Both the position numbers and the translations under genes were made by a program. A stretch of DNA of 62,157 nucleotides from Macrostomum lignano (taxonomy: Eukaryota). Below are positions 48,292 to 61,100 of the stretch, piece after piece. Every line of letters starts with the position of its first letter. The first letter of the stretch is position 1. The stretch spans positions 1 through 62,157 of the forward strand of contig NIVC01001115.1 of assembly GCA_002269645.1 (NCBI GenBank), read 5' to 3'. Below the pieces are notes generated by a model, which worked only from the letters and a program-made list of their open reading frames with translations, was not told the DNA's origin and did not search any database.

Positions 48292-50823
48292 GTTTCTGTT
48301 TCCTATGGGCTTGTGTTCTGCCTCACTATCGGATTGAGTCTCATTTGCTGGCCTTTTTACTGGCAATATATTGCTTCGCAGGACGAGGTTGCCGAGAGAG
48401 CTCTGATAAGATATGCCAAGTTATATTTAGTTTCTGGCTACGTGCATCTGCGCTGACGAATGACATCGGCTGAAATTTAATGCTTGACAATTTGCTGAGC
48501 CACTTTCGATGTTAATAATGATAAGACCGCACTTGATGATAAAATCGGAGTGACTACAAACTAAGGCTGGACGCACTTGCAGTAAATTTTTGTTGCAGAG
48601 ACCAACGTGCGTTGTCTTATCACAATCAGTTTGCGTGTTTAGGCTGCTGCTTGGAAACCTGCATTGCCGAATCGCTGAATCGCTCGACATGCCCTGTAGA
48701 GAAATGTAAGAAAAACTTTCTATCTTGAGTTGAAAATGAAAGACAGTAAGAGAAGCACATGGCTCAAACGGGTAGATTTGTGTCATTAAACTAAGGGGGT
48801 TGAGTGCAAAGTAAGAATTAGAAGGGGGTGGAGAGAGCGACTGACGAAAGAGGCGGGATTAAAGAGCCAATCAGAAGGCAGCGAGGGATAGAGAGAAAAC
48901 AAGATTGAACCAGACAGAGAGGGAGAGAAAACAGTGTAAACAAATACGAGTGCAGATGAACTAAGAAATGACTAAGAAAGTCGGGACATGCCAATTAATC
49001 TGATTTCAGTCCAAGCACATTCGGCCTGCGCATGAAATCGAGCTCCGGGGGGACTTTGACGTCAGACTCGGACGTGTTATAAGCTCCACAAGTCCATCAA
49101 GGACTACTAAGCCCTTCTATTCATAGTATTTCGTAATCAGCTGTCCCTGTAACCACTAATTCTGCCGCGAGGTATATCTGTTCAGTAACTTTAGTCAAAA
49201 TCTGTGCGTGTGCATTTTTACATGAATATTAAGAAGTGATTAGCAGGATAAGTAAAGCAGCAATAAAATTTGCTCAAAAATATAGTCTGAAAAGCAAAAA
49301 GCTGTAGCTACATTTAAAAAACACCCGTTGTTTAGCGAGTTGAGTCTCACATTCTCACTTTCAAACTGGGAATATATTCCTTCGCTGGACGAGTTTTCCG
49401 AGGGAGCTCTGATAAGATATGCCAAGTTATATTTAGTTTCTTTTAGTTTCTGTCTACGTACATCTGCGCTGACGAATGACATCGGCTAAATGTCATGCTT
49501 GACAATTCGTCGAGCCACTTTCGATGATAATAATAATTATCGCACTTGATGATAAAATCGCAGTCGATCCAATCGTAGTACGACCTAAGCTTCATAGTTC
49601 ATTCATTAGAAACTATTCTTCAGTTCCGAGGAGTGCTCTCGAAGGCGTATTCAGCATGCCAGTGAATTATGAGACAGACTAGGCCTGCGGCTACGGGCTA
49701 CGGTCTGTGATGCTTCACATCTGCCCCTTTTTCTTCAGCAGGTAAAGATTGATGGGAGGTCTGCACCATCTATTTGCTTCTGGCAACCGCAGACTACCCC
49801 ACGCTGTCCCGCAAGTCGGCCCAGGGGTACTAGTCCCCGCGATTGTTCAAGGCAGACCCTGTCTGAAGGACAGACTGCTCTCCAATGCTGGCGACCCAAC
49901 CAGTGGCTCTACCGAGCTTGACTGTGCTGGTCTGGCTCGGCTGTCCGCAGAACGTGGTACTGCTCAAACGTACCCTCTGATGCCTAAGGCGTTTGACCGT
50001 GCCGATGGGATGGAAGGCCGGGGAGTAGTCCGGTCGCAATTAAGCTGTCCCTTTTGTTAGCCGGCTGGCTAGGGGTGTCGGCCAGCCGAGTACAGCTCAA
50101 CTCGGTATCGAATAGCCCCCTCCCGCTTCCATCTATAGCATCTCATGCCAATTTTAACGAAGCTGACTCGGTCGCCACTGGTCTACCGGGGATCAGCTGG
50201 TCCAGAAGCTACCACTGCTGAGATGTCCCTGAGGTTGAGTCCAAGCGGGGCCCTACAGCGGGTAGAGGAGAGGGGAGCCGCGCAGGACTCCGGCAGTCGT
50301 TGCGTTGGCCCACCCCTCCCTGTGCTTGGATGGCACCCACTGATTTTCCGAATGGTGACAACTGCCGTTGTGGTGAGTACCAGTAAAAAACTCAGTCATG
50401 ACGGCCTTGTCTAGGCGATTGAAGTAATTGGAACAATTATGCAATTTAAGCAAAACTTTTGGCAATAAGTATAGCTTTGTAATATTTTTCAAAATCAACT
50501 AGAGAGTCAGGCAATGTAATATTTTTATGATTCCAACACAGCTTAGTAAATGTTATGAGCTTTCGCTTTTTACAGGCTTGAATCTCAATCGATAAAAGCT
50601 ACAAGTATCTGCATTCCATTGCACAGCTTATAAATTTATTCAGTGATCGTAATCTGACAATCAACGATGCAACTCATTTGAGGTTTAAATTTTGTTTTAT
50701 CACAGTAAAAATAAATTATTAGCAGGATAAGTACAGCAGCATAAAAATAGCGAATAAATATAGTCAGAAAAGCAGAAAGCTGTACTTTAAAAACTGCCCG
50801 TTGTTTAGCAATCAGCAGTGTCG

Positions 50824-52122
50824 CTACTTATTAAATCCCGCATTCACCTGGCCGCCACTGCCGCTAGCCATCACTGCAGCATCGTAGCTCGGAGGCGCGG
50901 CAGTGTACTGCGGGTACTGCGGGTACTGCGGGTACTGCGGGGCCTGTGGGTACTGCGGCTGCGTCGGGTACGGCTGAGACCCCGTCGGGTAGCTGCCGGC
51001 AGGCGGCGGGACCGTCACCTGACCGGCGCTGACCACGACGGAGCTGGCGCCCTGGGCCCGTCGGCGCGCCCGACTGCGCATGCCAGAGTAAATGCCGACC
51101 ACGATGAGACCGCCGACGAACAGCACCGCGATACGACGCCCCAGACCCAGGCCCTGCTGCTTTGCAGCACATAATTGTTGGGCACGGTGTAAAACTGACT
51201 GGTGCCGCCCGGCGGTGCTGAGCAGGCGAACTTATTCCGGTTGCTGCAGTTGTTCATGTAGATTGCGTAATACGAGTTTTTGTCCTTGAAAGCGCCGCAG
51301 CGTTCGGACGAATAGCAGCTGGACGAAGAGCCGCCGGAGTAACAGCTGATATCCGATGTCCTAATAAAATTACAGGTGGGTCAAAATTAAACCCTTGAAA
51401 ACAGGATATGCTATGTAAGATGAAAAGAAAAAGGGATCTAGACATTACCAGAATTGTCGCCTTCCACTCAGCCAGTAGTGCGAGAATCGAGCTGAGCGGT
51501 CGGTCAGTCCGATCCAGGTGTAGTAGCGCCTCAGGCTGGTCGGCAACATTCGCATGAACGAGCCAATGTTGCTCTGGTACGCAAGCGGAACATGTAGGAG
51601 ATTTGAGCGCATGCTGTTGCAAGCTCGCTGAGCGTCAAGGTAGTTCCGGCTGCTTCCAATGCTGTCAGTACCGAAGCAGGTGCCGCTGATGTACGTCCAG
51701 CCGGGAATGCAGCCGTTGAGGTCCATTGCTCGAACTCGGACTGTGACGCCCTCGCTGTTCGACTGGTCTCCGGTCGCATCGAAGCGGACCTTCAGCGACT
51801 TCGATGGCGTCAAGATGTTGTGCTGGTAGTCCGGGATGCTGGAGCCGCTAAACAGCACCTCATCACCGGAGCTGATGGTGAACACTGCCGAGCTGACCTT
51901 GAACGACTTGACTTCGACGAAGAATGCTCGGTTGGGCGACTCCGCGTTGAACTCGCAGCTCAGACCGGAGGAGTAGCCGGCCTCGTTTTGGCGTCTCGTA
52001 GTCAGGTAGAAGTCCGTCAGTGAAGCGCTGACGGTGGTAGGAGAGTCTGGGCTGCAGTAGAACTGCTGCTGGGCCGTGGCCGCCGCGACGAGGCAGGCCA
52101 GAAGGACCAGCAGTTTTTGCAT
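50824..52122 (-). CDS. CUB + C-type lectin + TM + PY-rich tail protein, copy B (1-nt deletion at about 51130)
   Basis: Near-identical exon 1 to copy A. Intact GT donor at 51448 and AG acceptor at 51361, in frame (QF-W-TSDISC). The frame breaks at the start of the TM segment. Confidence 0.75.
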
Positions 52123-53159
52123 GTTTATTGCGCGCATCGGTTATGAGCTTATCGTTCGAATTTGCTTGGGTACAGCGCGCTGTTTGCGTCGCTCACGGCC
52201 AAAGCCTGCGTTTTATATGTCCTTGCGATAAGATAAGCGAGTTCAATTTTTTCTAGCATATTATTCAATAATTTTGTGCTTTTGTAGTTGCTAGGTTTAT
52301 TTAGGCAAACGCACAATTTATCAGTGACTAGTTGGGCTTTGCAATAAGTCTACGTTGCCAGGGTTATGAGATCGAGCCGTGTCTGAGCTCACGTGAGGAT
52401 TGAGCAAGTCGGAGTAGATTGAATATGAGACTCTTCGTGTCGAAAGAGTCTTTAAGATCACTATACTCGATCCAGATCAGCATTCTGCAGCTCAGGGGAA
52501 GTCCTAAAAATTGAGAATTCGTCCTGTAGCTGTGGGCTGTAATTTTTGTCCTTTAAATAGCAAATAGGGTTAAAGCATAGTACATACTGTAATGTTCGCA
52601 CGGCATGCAATAAGTTAATCCCTCGTATGCTAAAAACAGAGAGAGGCTCATCGATGCAAGCAAGTTAACTGGAAGTCGGCTATAATTTTTTTGATTTTGT
52701 GCTTTCTTCAAAGAAAGGAGATTTCCCATAGACTATTCGTGACTGACTGGTAATTGAGTAAAATGGGGAACGCACAATTCATAAGTGTTAAGCTCAGGTA
52801 GTTGGCGTCTTCTGGGCGTTTCTGCGTAATTCGACACACTTGGTCACATTTGAACAGACTGATGCTTCAGGTAAGCAGCCGGTGTGTTCTGTCTTTTCTT
52901 TAAAAAGCTTTTTTCATTGCAAAACCAAATTCGATTATAAAATTCTGTAACAAATCTTCTAATATTTCTACAGTTATGATTTAAAGCCATCTAATAGCCT
53001 GTAGTTCACATGGAGGATGACTAATTAATGATTTTCTCCACATCTGGTGTCTCAAAAGTGCGATTTAAGCACCGGCTCTCTGTTTTATGACCTTTAGCTT
53101 CTTTAACACTGCTTTGCGCCTCATAGCTAGCCAAAATGTCGCTTAATATCTGCTTTGAA

Positions 53160-53383
53160 AAGCATCCGGGGTCAGAGCAGCTCTGCGTTAAACGCGTCCA
53201 ACTCTCGCACCCCATGACCCATGGTTCCATTCCGTGTACAAAAATTGGCCCAGGGTGTTGTCCTGCGATTCACACCTATGACCTATGAGGGAAAACTCGC
53301 GAGGCACAGAGAGTGTACATGCCTAACGATCAGGAGTCACCGGAATGGGCAGAATTGCATGCCATAGCGTTGTATGAGACGAT
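53160..53383 (+). mobile_element. Diverged, internally deleted SINE copy
   Basis: B-box-like GGTTCCATTCC (about 53223). GTGTACATGCCTAACGAT and GGAGTCACCGGAATGGGCAGAATTGC match two separated parts of the 56-kb copy. Confidence 0.5.
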
Positions 53384-53469
53384 ATCGCCGAAGACTTGGT
53401 GTTGGAGTGTCCGCAACCCTCCTGCAGCTATTTTCTTTCAAAACCATCTTTAAAACCCACAGTGTTGCT

Positions 53470-54156
53470 ATGGACGTCCTGGCGAGCCTAGATAGAATTT
53501 TAATCAAGCAGAAGAAGGAACTACTCGAAGTTGTCTCCTCGTTCGAGACCAACAACCAATACGAGATCCGCGAACCCAACGGTCGGCCGTTCCTCACTGC
53601 TCAGGAGGACACGTCCTGTTGCAGTCGGCAGTTTTGTGGCAAGGACCGGCCGTTTGTAATCAACATCTTCGACTACCAAGGCGTGCCGCAGATCCGGATC
53701 ACTCGCGAGTACAAAGTGAACTGCTTCTGCCAGGGCTGCAGCTGCTGCAGCTGCTGCAAAGACCGAATCCAAGTGGAATGCCCGGTAGACCGCTGTGTGG
53801 GCTTCGTCACGCAGGAATGCGCTTTTTGCAGCATCAGCTACGGAGTCTTCGACGCCCAGCACGAATGTTCATTTCACATCAAGGGTCCCAGTTACTGCAT
53901 GTGCACCTGCCCATGCTCCGATAAAGTTTTCAGCCTACAGACACCGGACAGGTCCACCGAGGTTGGCCAGCTGAAAAAAGTCTGGGGCGGCCTGCTCACG
54001 GAGATGATGACGGACGCTGACAGCTTTGAGCTGCTGGTGCCGGCGCAAATGCCAGTTGATCAGAAAGCCGTTCTGCTGGGCGCGGCATTTCTAATTGACT
54101 TCATGTTCTTTGAGGACAACGCTGGCAAGTCAAAGAATGACTTCCATAGCTCATAG
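53470..54156 (+). CDS. Phospholipid scramblase (PLSCR family), copy 1
   Basis: KQKKELLEVVSSFETNNQY, CCSRQFCGKDRPF, Cys-rich CQGCSCCSCC, KVWGGLLTEMMTDADSF, KAVLLGAAFLIDFMFFE. An upstream exon is possible. Confidence 0.9.
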   Translation: MDVLASLDRILIKQKKELLEVVSSFETNNQYEIREPNGRPFLTAQEDTSCCSRQFCGKDRPFVINIFDYQGVPQIRITREYKVNCFCQGCSCCSCCKDRIQVECPVDRCVGFVTQECAFCSISYGVFDAQHECSFHIKGPSYCMCTCPCSDKVFSLQTPDRSTEVGQLKKVWGGLLTEMMTDADSFELLVPAQMPVDQKAVLLGAAFLIDFMFFEDNAGKSKNDFHSS

Positions 54157-54689
54157 TAATTAGTAATTCTAATGACAATATAAACGTAATGAGATGAGTT
54201 TATGTTTCAGCAAACCCTGTCCCATACAGACGGCAAGCATTACTGCTTGAACTTTATCTAACCCGATCATTGTGAACGCCACTCACTAACTTACTTTTGC
54301 AGAAGTTGTTAATAAAGATGTGAAGCGAATATCTTTCGACCATAGACTAATTGTGAGACAGCATTAGCTGTTGATTTTGTTGAGTCCTAAGTGTCGGGAG
54401 TTGAGAATATTAATATTTAATGGTTGTTTTGTACCATGGCAGTCAAGTGTTACCAGAAGTTTTGTCATCGCTGAAGCCCGCGCTGCGTCTCTGCTGTACC
54501 TGCCTGATTGACTAGCCGAAGGTAAGCGTTAGGGAAGGCTGCAGTTGTGCATATCTGTCAGATAGAAGGCTCATAGGTATAGCAAGTTTTACATCACTTT
54601 TACAGTCACTTTTTGGGGCTCAGGATGAATTGATTGGGTTTCAGGAGTTGTTGAATTAATAGATTGACTGACTTAAATACATTTCACGT

Positions 54690-55165
54690 TTACAGCGATC
54701 GGGTTCAGGTTCACAGGAATAGAGTTCAGGTGTACGGGAAAAGGGTTCTGGTTCACGGGAATCGGGTTCAGATTTACAGGACGATTATGGTTCATGGGAA
54801 TCGAGTTTAGGTTCACAGGAATCGGGTTCATGTTCACGAGAACCGGGTTCAGGTTCACGAGAATAGGGCTCTGGTTCACGGGAATCGGGTTTAGGTTCAC
54901 GAGAATTGGGCTCTGGTTCACGAGAATTGGGCTCTGGTTCACGGGAATCGGGTTCAGATTTACAGGACGATTCTGGTTCATGGGAATTGGGTTCTGGTTA
55001 ACGGAAATCGGGTTCAGGTTCACGGGAATCGGGTTCTGGTTTACAGGACGATTCTGGTTCACGGGAATTGGGTTCTGGTTCACGGTAATCGGGTTCTGCA
55101 TGGTTCACAGGAATCGAGTTTAAGTTCACGAGAGTAGGGTTCTGGTTCACGGGAATCGGGTTCAG
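54690..55165 (+). repeat. Minisatellite, 21-bp unit GGTTCACGGGAATCGGGTTC(A/T)
   Basis: Direct tandem array between the two scramblases. Confidence 0.95.
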
Positions 55166-55264
55166 TTTTAAAACGGGGTTCAGGCAAGTAAAAGTTGAAG
55201 TTTAGGCATTGATATTGACCTTGTACAAAACCATTGTCAGCTTGGCTGGTGGCAGCGGGCCCCA

Positions 55265-55946
55265 ATGGAAGTGCTCCGCCCTCTGAGCCGAATTCTCATC
55301 AGGCAGAAGATCGAACTGCTCGAGATCATCACATCGATTGAGACGAACAATCGGTACGCCATATGCGACTCAAATGGCCAGCCGGTCCTCATGGCCGAGG
55401 AGGACTCGAGCTGCTGCAGCCGGCAGTGCTGCCGCAACGACCGGCCGTTCGTGTTCAACATCATCGACCTGCGCGGCATGCCGCAGATTCGCGTCGCCAG
55501 ACACTACACCTACAACTGGTGCCAGTGCTGCAGCTGCTTGGGCTGCTGCCAGGACAGCATCGACGTGGAGTGCCCGCCCGGCCACCCCATCGGTTACGTA
55601 ATCCAGAACGGCGCCTGCTGCAACATCAGTTTCAACGTGTACGACGCCAACCTGCAGCCTGTGATGTTCCTGCGCGCGGCCAAACTACTGCCTGTGCACC
55701 TGCCCGGGCACCGTGCACACCTTCAGCGTAATGACCGCCGACCAGACTGTTGAGCTGGGCAAACTGAGGAAAACCTGGGGCGGCCTGCTCAAAGAGCTGC
55801 TCACGGATGCGGACAATTTCGAGCTGCTGGTGCCGCCCGAGATGCCGGATCACCACAAAGGGCTGCTAATCGGCGCAACCCTGCTGATCGACTTCATGTT
55901 CTTCGAGGACAACGACGCAAAGTCCAATGGAATGCGAATATTTTGA
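55265..55946 (+). CDS. Phospholipid scramblase, copy 2 (frameshift at about 55672-55684)
   Basis: RQKIELLEIITSIETNNRY.. in one frame and NYCLCTCP..KTWGGLLKELLTDADNF..IDFMFFED in the next frame. Confidence 0.8.
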
Positions 55947-56069
55947 TGCAGATCGGAACTCCCTTCCATTGTTTGTTTCATTTTTCATGGACAGTTTTGT
56001 CGACTCTCTGGTTGGATGCCAGATTGCATTTATAAAATGTATTATTTTTCAATTGTCTTTGCTGGCTTT

Positions 56070-56426
56070 TTACTTAGAGGCAGAGGGCTGTGTGCACCTG
56101 GGCTCACTTTAAGCGACATTGTGACACATCCGGCGAGAGGCATTGCTGCCCATTCCGCCGACTCCCCTGAGCAGACACACAAGCGCTCGGATACGTACGC
56201 AGGCACACACTCACACAGGAGTGTAGAGCGGCCCTAACTTTATTTATCGTTAGGCTTGTACACTTCACTGCGCCTTGGGGGTTGGGCCGCAGGGCATTAA
56301 TTGCACAAGCAGAGCCAAGCCGAGATTCCAATTCAGCCCCAAATTAATGTGACTGCACTTGGAATCGAGCCTGGGCCGCTGGCACAGCAGAGCACCGCGC
56401 GAGACCACTGGCTACGGAACCCCTTG
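56070..56426 (-). mobile_element. tRNA-derived SINE with TSD
   Basis: Minus-strand head GGGGTTCCGTAGCCAGTGG (A-box, 56414-56405) and GGCTCGATTCC (B-box, 56371-56361). Short A-rich 3' end. 9-bp direct repeat GCTGGCTTT at 56061-56069 and 56427-56435. Confidence 0.7.
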
Positions 56427-57699
56427 GCTGGCTTTGCATGCTCTCAATATGGGGAAAGACAAATGTTTGCTGCTGTTCTGTTTCTCTGTATTGCCCGGAA
56501 TCACCTGAATCTCCTGGGACTGGGGCTGTCCGCTTTTCACCAAGGACAATTTAAGTAGAAAGACGCAACACTCGGAATCTATGGTAAATGTTTTGAAGGC
56601 AACTTTTCGCCGAAAAATACACTGCAGAGATAGAAGGTTTTATTTTTTTCAGCACAAAAATTGTTTTTGCTTTTGATAGGAGGCAGATCCTGTGTTCATC
56701 TTTTGATATGTTGTGCCTTTCTTATTGCTCTATCGATATTCATAAAGCTTTTCGTTCAGAAATAGTTTTAAAGGCGGGTTTCACCGGAAAAATACACGAT
56801 CATTGTAATTCAAAACATTGAATTCCATAGGCCTTCAAAACATTTACCATAGATTTCGAGTGTAGCGTCCTATATATATGTTTCTTGAGTAGTCCTTGCT
56901 CTTCACTACTAGGAAGGCAGGTGCTGTTGATCATGATGTTGTTTTCGTTATTGTTGTTAAGGATGATGTCGTTGTTGTTCGAATGTTGTTGATAATGTTG
57001 ATGATAAGGATATATTGCTGTTGTTGTTGTTGTTGCTTTTGAAGTTGTTGCTTCTATTGTTTTAGATAGACAAGATGGTATCAAGGAGACTGAAAAGACG
57101 TCTTCCATAATCATATCTTTCTAATTAAGTAGGTCGAAAAAGTAGGTAATTTTTCGCGTTTATTTGCTCATCAAAAAAGTTGTGTATGAATATATTTGAA
57201 ATAAAAATTGCAATATAAAAAATTTGCAGAGCGAGAAATAGAAGGGTATATTAAATTTATTCAATTAGAAAGTACAGGAAACATTGATAAATTTCTTCAA
57301 GTTGATATATATTCTCCTTCATATTTTAATATTTCAGGATAAAATATGGAGATTAAGAATTTTACGGCGATTGAATAAAATCGAAAAACATAGCATTCCA
57401 TGTCAATAAATTAATAAATAATTCAAATTTGTTGGCGCGCCTTTATTTGCTAATATTTAATTTCGACATGCATTTCATTTTCAACGGTAAATGATAGCGT
57501 ACAAAATCCCAATACTAAAAAACTACTTTCCTATGCTTCTTGTGGAGGATCAGCCCGGACTTAGTAAACTCATAAATATTAATGGCATTGTTTGACAGTT
57601 ACTTAAGTGGGATCTGAGGCGGTGGAATTTCAGTCGGAATACGAAAGAATTCCGACTAGGAAATTCCAACTGAAAGGTGGGGAAATCCTGGAGGATTGG

Positions 57700-57950
57700 G
57701 AATCAGCAGAGGGGTAACCCCTACCCCACATGGAATCCCTACCCCAAGGGGAATCCCTACCCCATGGGGAATCCCTACCCCATGGGAAATCCATACCCCA
57801 AGGGGAATCCCTACCCCAAGGGGAATCCCTACCCCATGGGGAATCCCTACCCCATGGGAAATCCCTACCCCAAGGGGAATCCCTACCCCAAGGGGAATCC
57901 CTACCCCAAGGGGAATCCCTACCCCAAAGGGAAATCCCCATCTAAAAAGA
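57700..57950 (+). repeat. Minisatellite, 18-bp unit GGGGAATCCCTACCCCA(A/T)
   Basis: Direct tandem array. Confidence 0.95.
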
Positions 57951-58165
57951 GACTCCTTGGCCAAAAAAGAAATGTTTGTCTATTAATCTAATCTAATCTA
58001 ATAAAAGAGGAATCCCTACCTTAAAAAGTGAGTCCGTTATACTAAAACGTGGAATCCCGAAGGGGAACACAAGATGAGAATCCCCTCACAGGACGAATGA
58101 TGAGCAGGTGAGGAGGCTCTCCTTTCAGCAACACCATCTTGTCTCAGTTTCAGTTTCAAGTTTAC

Positions 58166-61100
58166 TTAAAGCAGAGCAAAATTGCCAACCAGCTCGGCAG
58201 CTGGCCCCAGAATCATCATCGAAGGCATCAGCAGCAGAAGCAGCAGTAGCAGCAGCAGTTCGCCATCGAAACCGCTGCGACCGCATCCGTTGGAGGCTCC
58301 GTCAATGATTTCTTCCACATTGTTACTTGACGTAGCTGTTATAGGTGACGGCGGACCGCACCGTGACACCCGCAGCAGCTGCTAAGATTGCCGCTGACCG
58401 TGCTGTTGAACTGTTGGATAGCGGACTGCAGAACAGACTGGGCCACCATGGCTTGCAGAGCTGCGAGGTGGCGTGAATGAGGAGGATATTGGGGCCTGAT
58501 TTTGGGGGGGTGTTATTAAGGAGAGAAGATACTTGATTAGGGAGAGGAGATACCCCAGTAGGGAGAAAGGATACCCGATTAGAGAGGGGGATACCCGATT
58601 AGGGAGGGGGATACCCGATTAGGGAGAGGGGATACCCGATTAGGGAGGGGGATACCCGATTAGGGAGAGAAGATACCCGATTAGGGAGAGGAGATACCCT
58701 AGTAGGGAGAGGGGATACCCGATTAGGGAGAGGGGATACCCTAGTAGGGAGAGGAGATACCCGATTAGGGAGAGAAGATACCCGATTAGGGAGAGGGATA
58801 CCCGATTAGGGAGGGGGGATACCCGATTAGGGAGGGGGATACCCGATTAGGGAGGGGGGATACCCGATTAGGGAGGGGGGATACCCGATTAGGGAGAGGG
58901 GATACCCTAGTAGGGAGAGGAGATACCCGATTAGGGAGAGAAGATACCCGATTAGGAGAGGGATACCCGATTAGGGAGGGGGGATACCCGATTAGGGAGG
59001 GGGATACCCGATTAGGGAGGGGGATACCCGATTAGGGAGGGGGATACCCGATTAGGGAGGGGGGATACCCGATTAGGAGAGGGGATACCCTAGTAGGAGA
59101 GGAGATACCCGATTAGGGAGAGAAGATACCCGATTAGGGAGGGGGGATACCCGATTAGGGAGGGGGATACCCGATTAGGGAGGGGGGATACCCGATTAGG
59201 GAGGGGATACCCGATTAGGGAGGGGGATACCCGATTAAGGAGAGTGGATACCCGATTAAGGAGAGGGGATATCCGATTAGGCAGGGTATTAGCTTGAGCC
59301 AGCTCACTCACTGGACCTTCTCCGCCTGGCCGCAGGGCACAGGGTGTTCGCAGTCGAGCTGGAGTTCGCGTACACAACCACGCCGAGAAGCCCGACATCG
59401 TCGGTGAACATGTCCTCGTTGTCAAGGTAGCCAACGTCAGCATCGCAATCAGCTCTTGTCCGCCGACGGGGTCTGGCGAGCGGCGGACGGGCAGCAGAGG
59501 GCGAAGTTTGGCCTCGCTGGCTGTGCAGAAGGCGTTGATGGCCTGGGCCACGGCCGGGCGAAGGCGGGACCAGATGGAGGTCTTGAACTGCCGCGGTTTT
59601 CCAATACGGGATGCGGGTCGTTTTAACAATATGGTTTTAAAACTTCATCGTGAGAAAGTTGAGAAAGTTGTGGCTGCTGTACACCGGTGGGTGCGAACTT
59701 CAGAACTTTCTAAAATCCGGTTTTTTCCATAGACAGGCTCGGTGAAATAATTTGTCTTGGAAAAAATCTCACCATAGTCCTGGTCACGGGCACCTGCAGA
59801 CACCGGTCGAAGCGCAGAACTGCTCGGCTATGATGCTCAGCCGCATTCCGTTCAGGTAGAACTGCCTGTACACCTGGCACCTGGGCCGACGAACGTTGCC
59901 GGGCACTGACAGCACAGCTGGCCCCCTTGAGGTCCGTGCCACCGTTCAGGCATGGCGTGGTGAGGTTGCTGCACACCGAGCATGTCGACTTGGAGTCGGC
60001 CACTCGGTCTGAAACGCATGTCAGAGGTTCTTATGCTTAATGGTCCTTGGTGGACTCTTGGGGAATGTCTTGGTGGACTCTTCAGGAATGTCTTGGTGGA
60101 CTCTTGGGAATGTCTTGTGGACTCTTGGGGATGTCTTGTGGACTCTTGGAATGTCTTGGTGGACTCTTGGGGAATGTCTTGGTGGACTCTTGGGGAATGT
60201 CTTGGTGGACTCTTCGGGAATGTCTTGGTGGACTCTTCGGGAATGTCTTGGTGGACTCTTCGGGAATGTCTTGGTGGACTCTTCGGGAATGTCTTGGTGG
60301 ACTCTTCGGAATGTCTTGGTGGACTCTTCGGGAATGTCTTGGTGGACTCTTCGGGAATGTCTTGGTGGACTCTTCGGGAATGTCTTGGTGGACTCTTCGG
60401 GAATGTCTTGGTGGACTCTTCGGGAATGTCTTGGTGGACTCTTCGGGAATGTCTTGGTGGACTCTTCAGGAATGTCTTGGTGGACTCTTCGGAATGTCTT
60501 GGTGGACTCTTCGGGAATGTCTTGGTGGACTCTTCGGAATGTCTTGGTGGACTCGTCGGGAATTTCGTGTGGACTCTTATGGAATGTCTTGGTGGACTCT
60601 TATGGAATGTCTTGGTGGACTATTAGGGAATGTCTTAGTCGACTCTTAGTTTATTGGTTATCAGGAAAGTTTATTGGGTTTTTCAGGATAGTTTAGTTGA
60701 TTGTCTTGATATCTTATCCGTGATAATCCAGCGGATTTTCGGGGCTGTGCGCAGGCAGCTCACTTTCGCATAGGCCCCAGTACCGATGCCGGAGGCGCAC
60801 TTGCAGAGTAGCAGTCGAGAGATCCTGGATTGACTGACTGACTCCGCAGTTTGAGCAGTTCAGCTTGCACTCTGCGATTGCGATGTCGGAGGAGTGAAAA
60901 TCATACGTGGCGTGTGATTAATAATCATCTCGGAAGAATGACTCACCTGTGCTAGAAACTTGGCGCCAGGATTGTATGCCTGCACATCCGACTGGGAGAC
61001 AATGCTGCTGTTCACGCACATGCCGTTCAGGCACAGGCCTCGGTATGAGGGCATCTGATGGGATGTTTGGGGATTCTTGTAGATGTTTGGTGATTCTTGT

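Noticed and set aside
50190-50285. Twister-ribozyme-like fragments (ACCACTGC, TCCAAGC, GAGGAGAGGG)
   Set aside because: I could not fold P1, P2 and P4 with both pseudoknots consistently. An Infernal search with twister models would settle it.
53374-53469. ORF-track start (MRRYRRR..) for scramblase 1
   Set aside because: That ATG lies in a SINE remnant. Homology begins near the ATG at 53470.
29309-60696. ORFs called within minisatellites (NPNTPL, GDACYL, LRCQG, NPIPV, GRDSPW, LGNVLVDS etc.)
   Set aside because: Translations of tandem repeats, mostly intronic, with no domain similarity.
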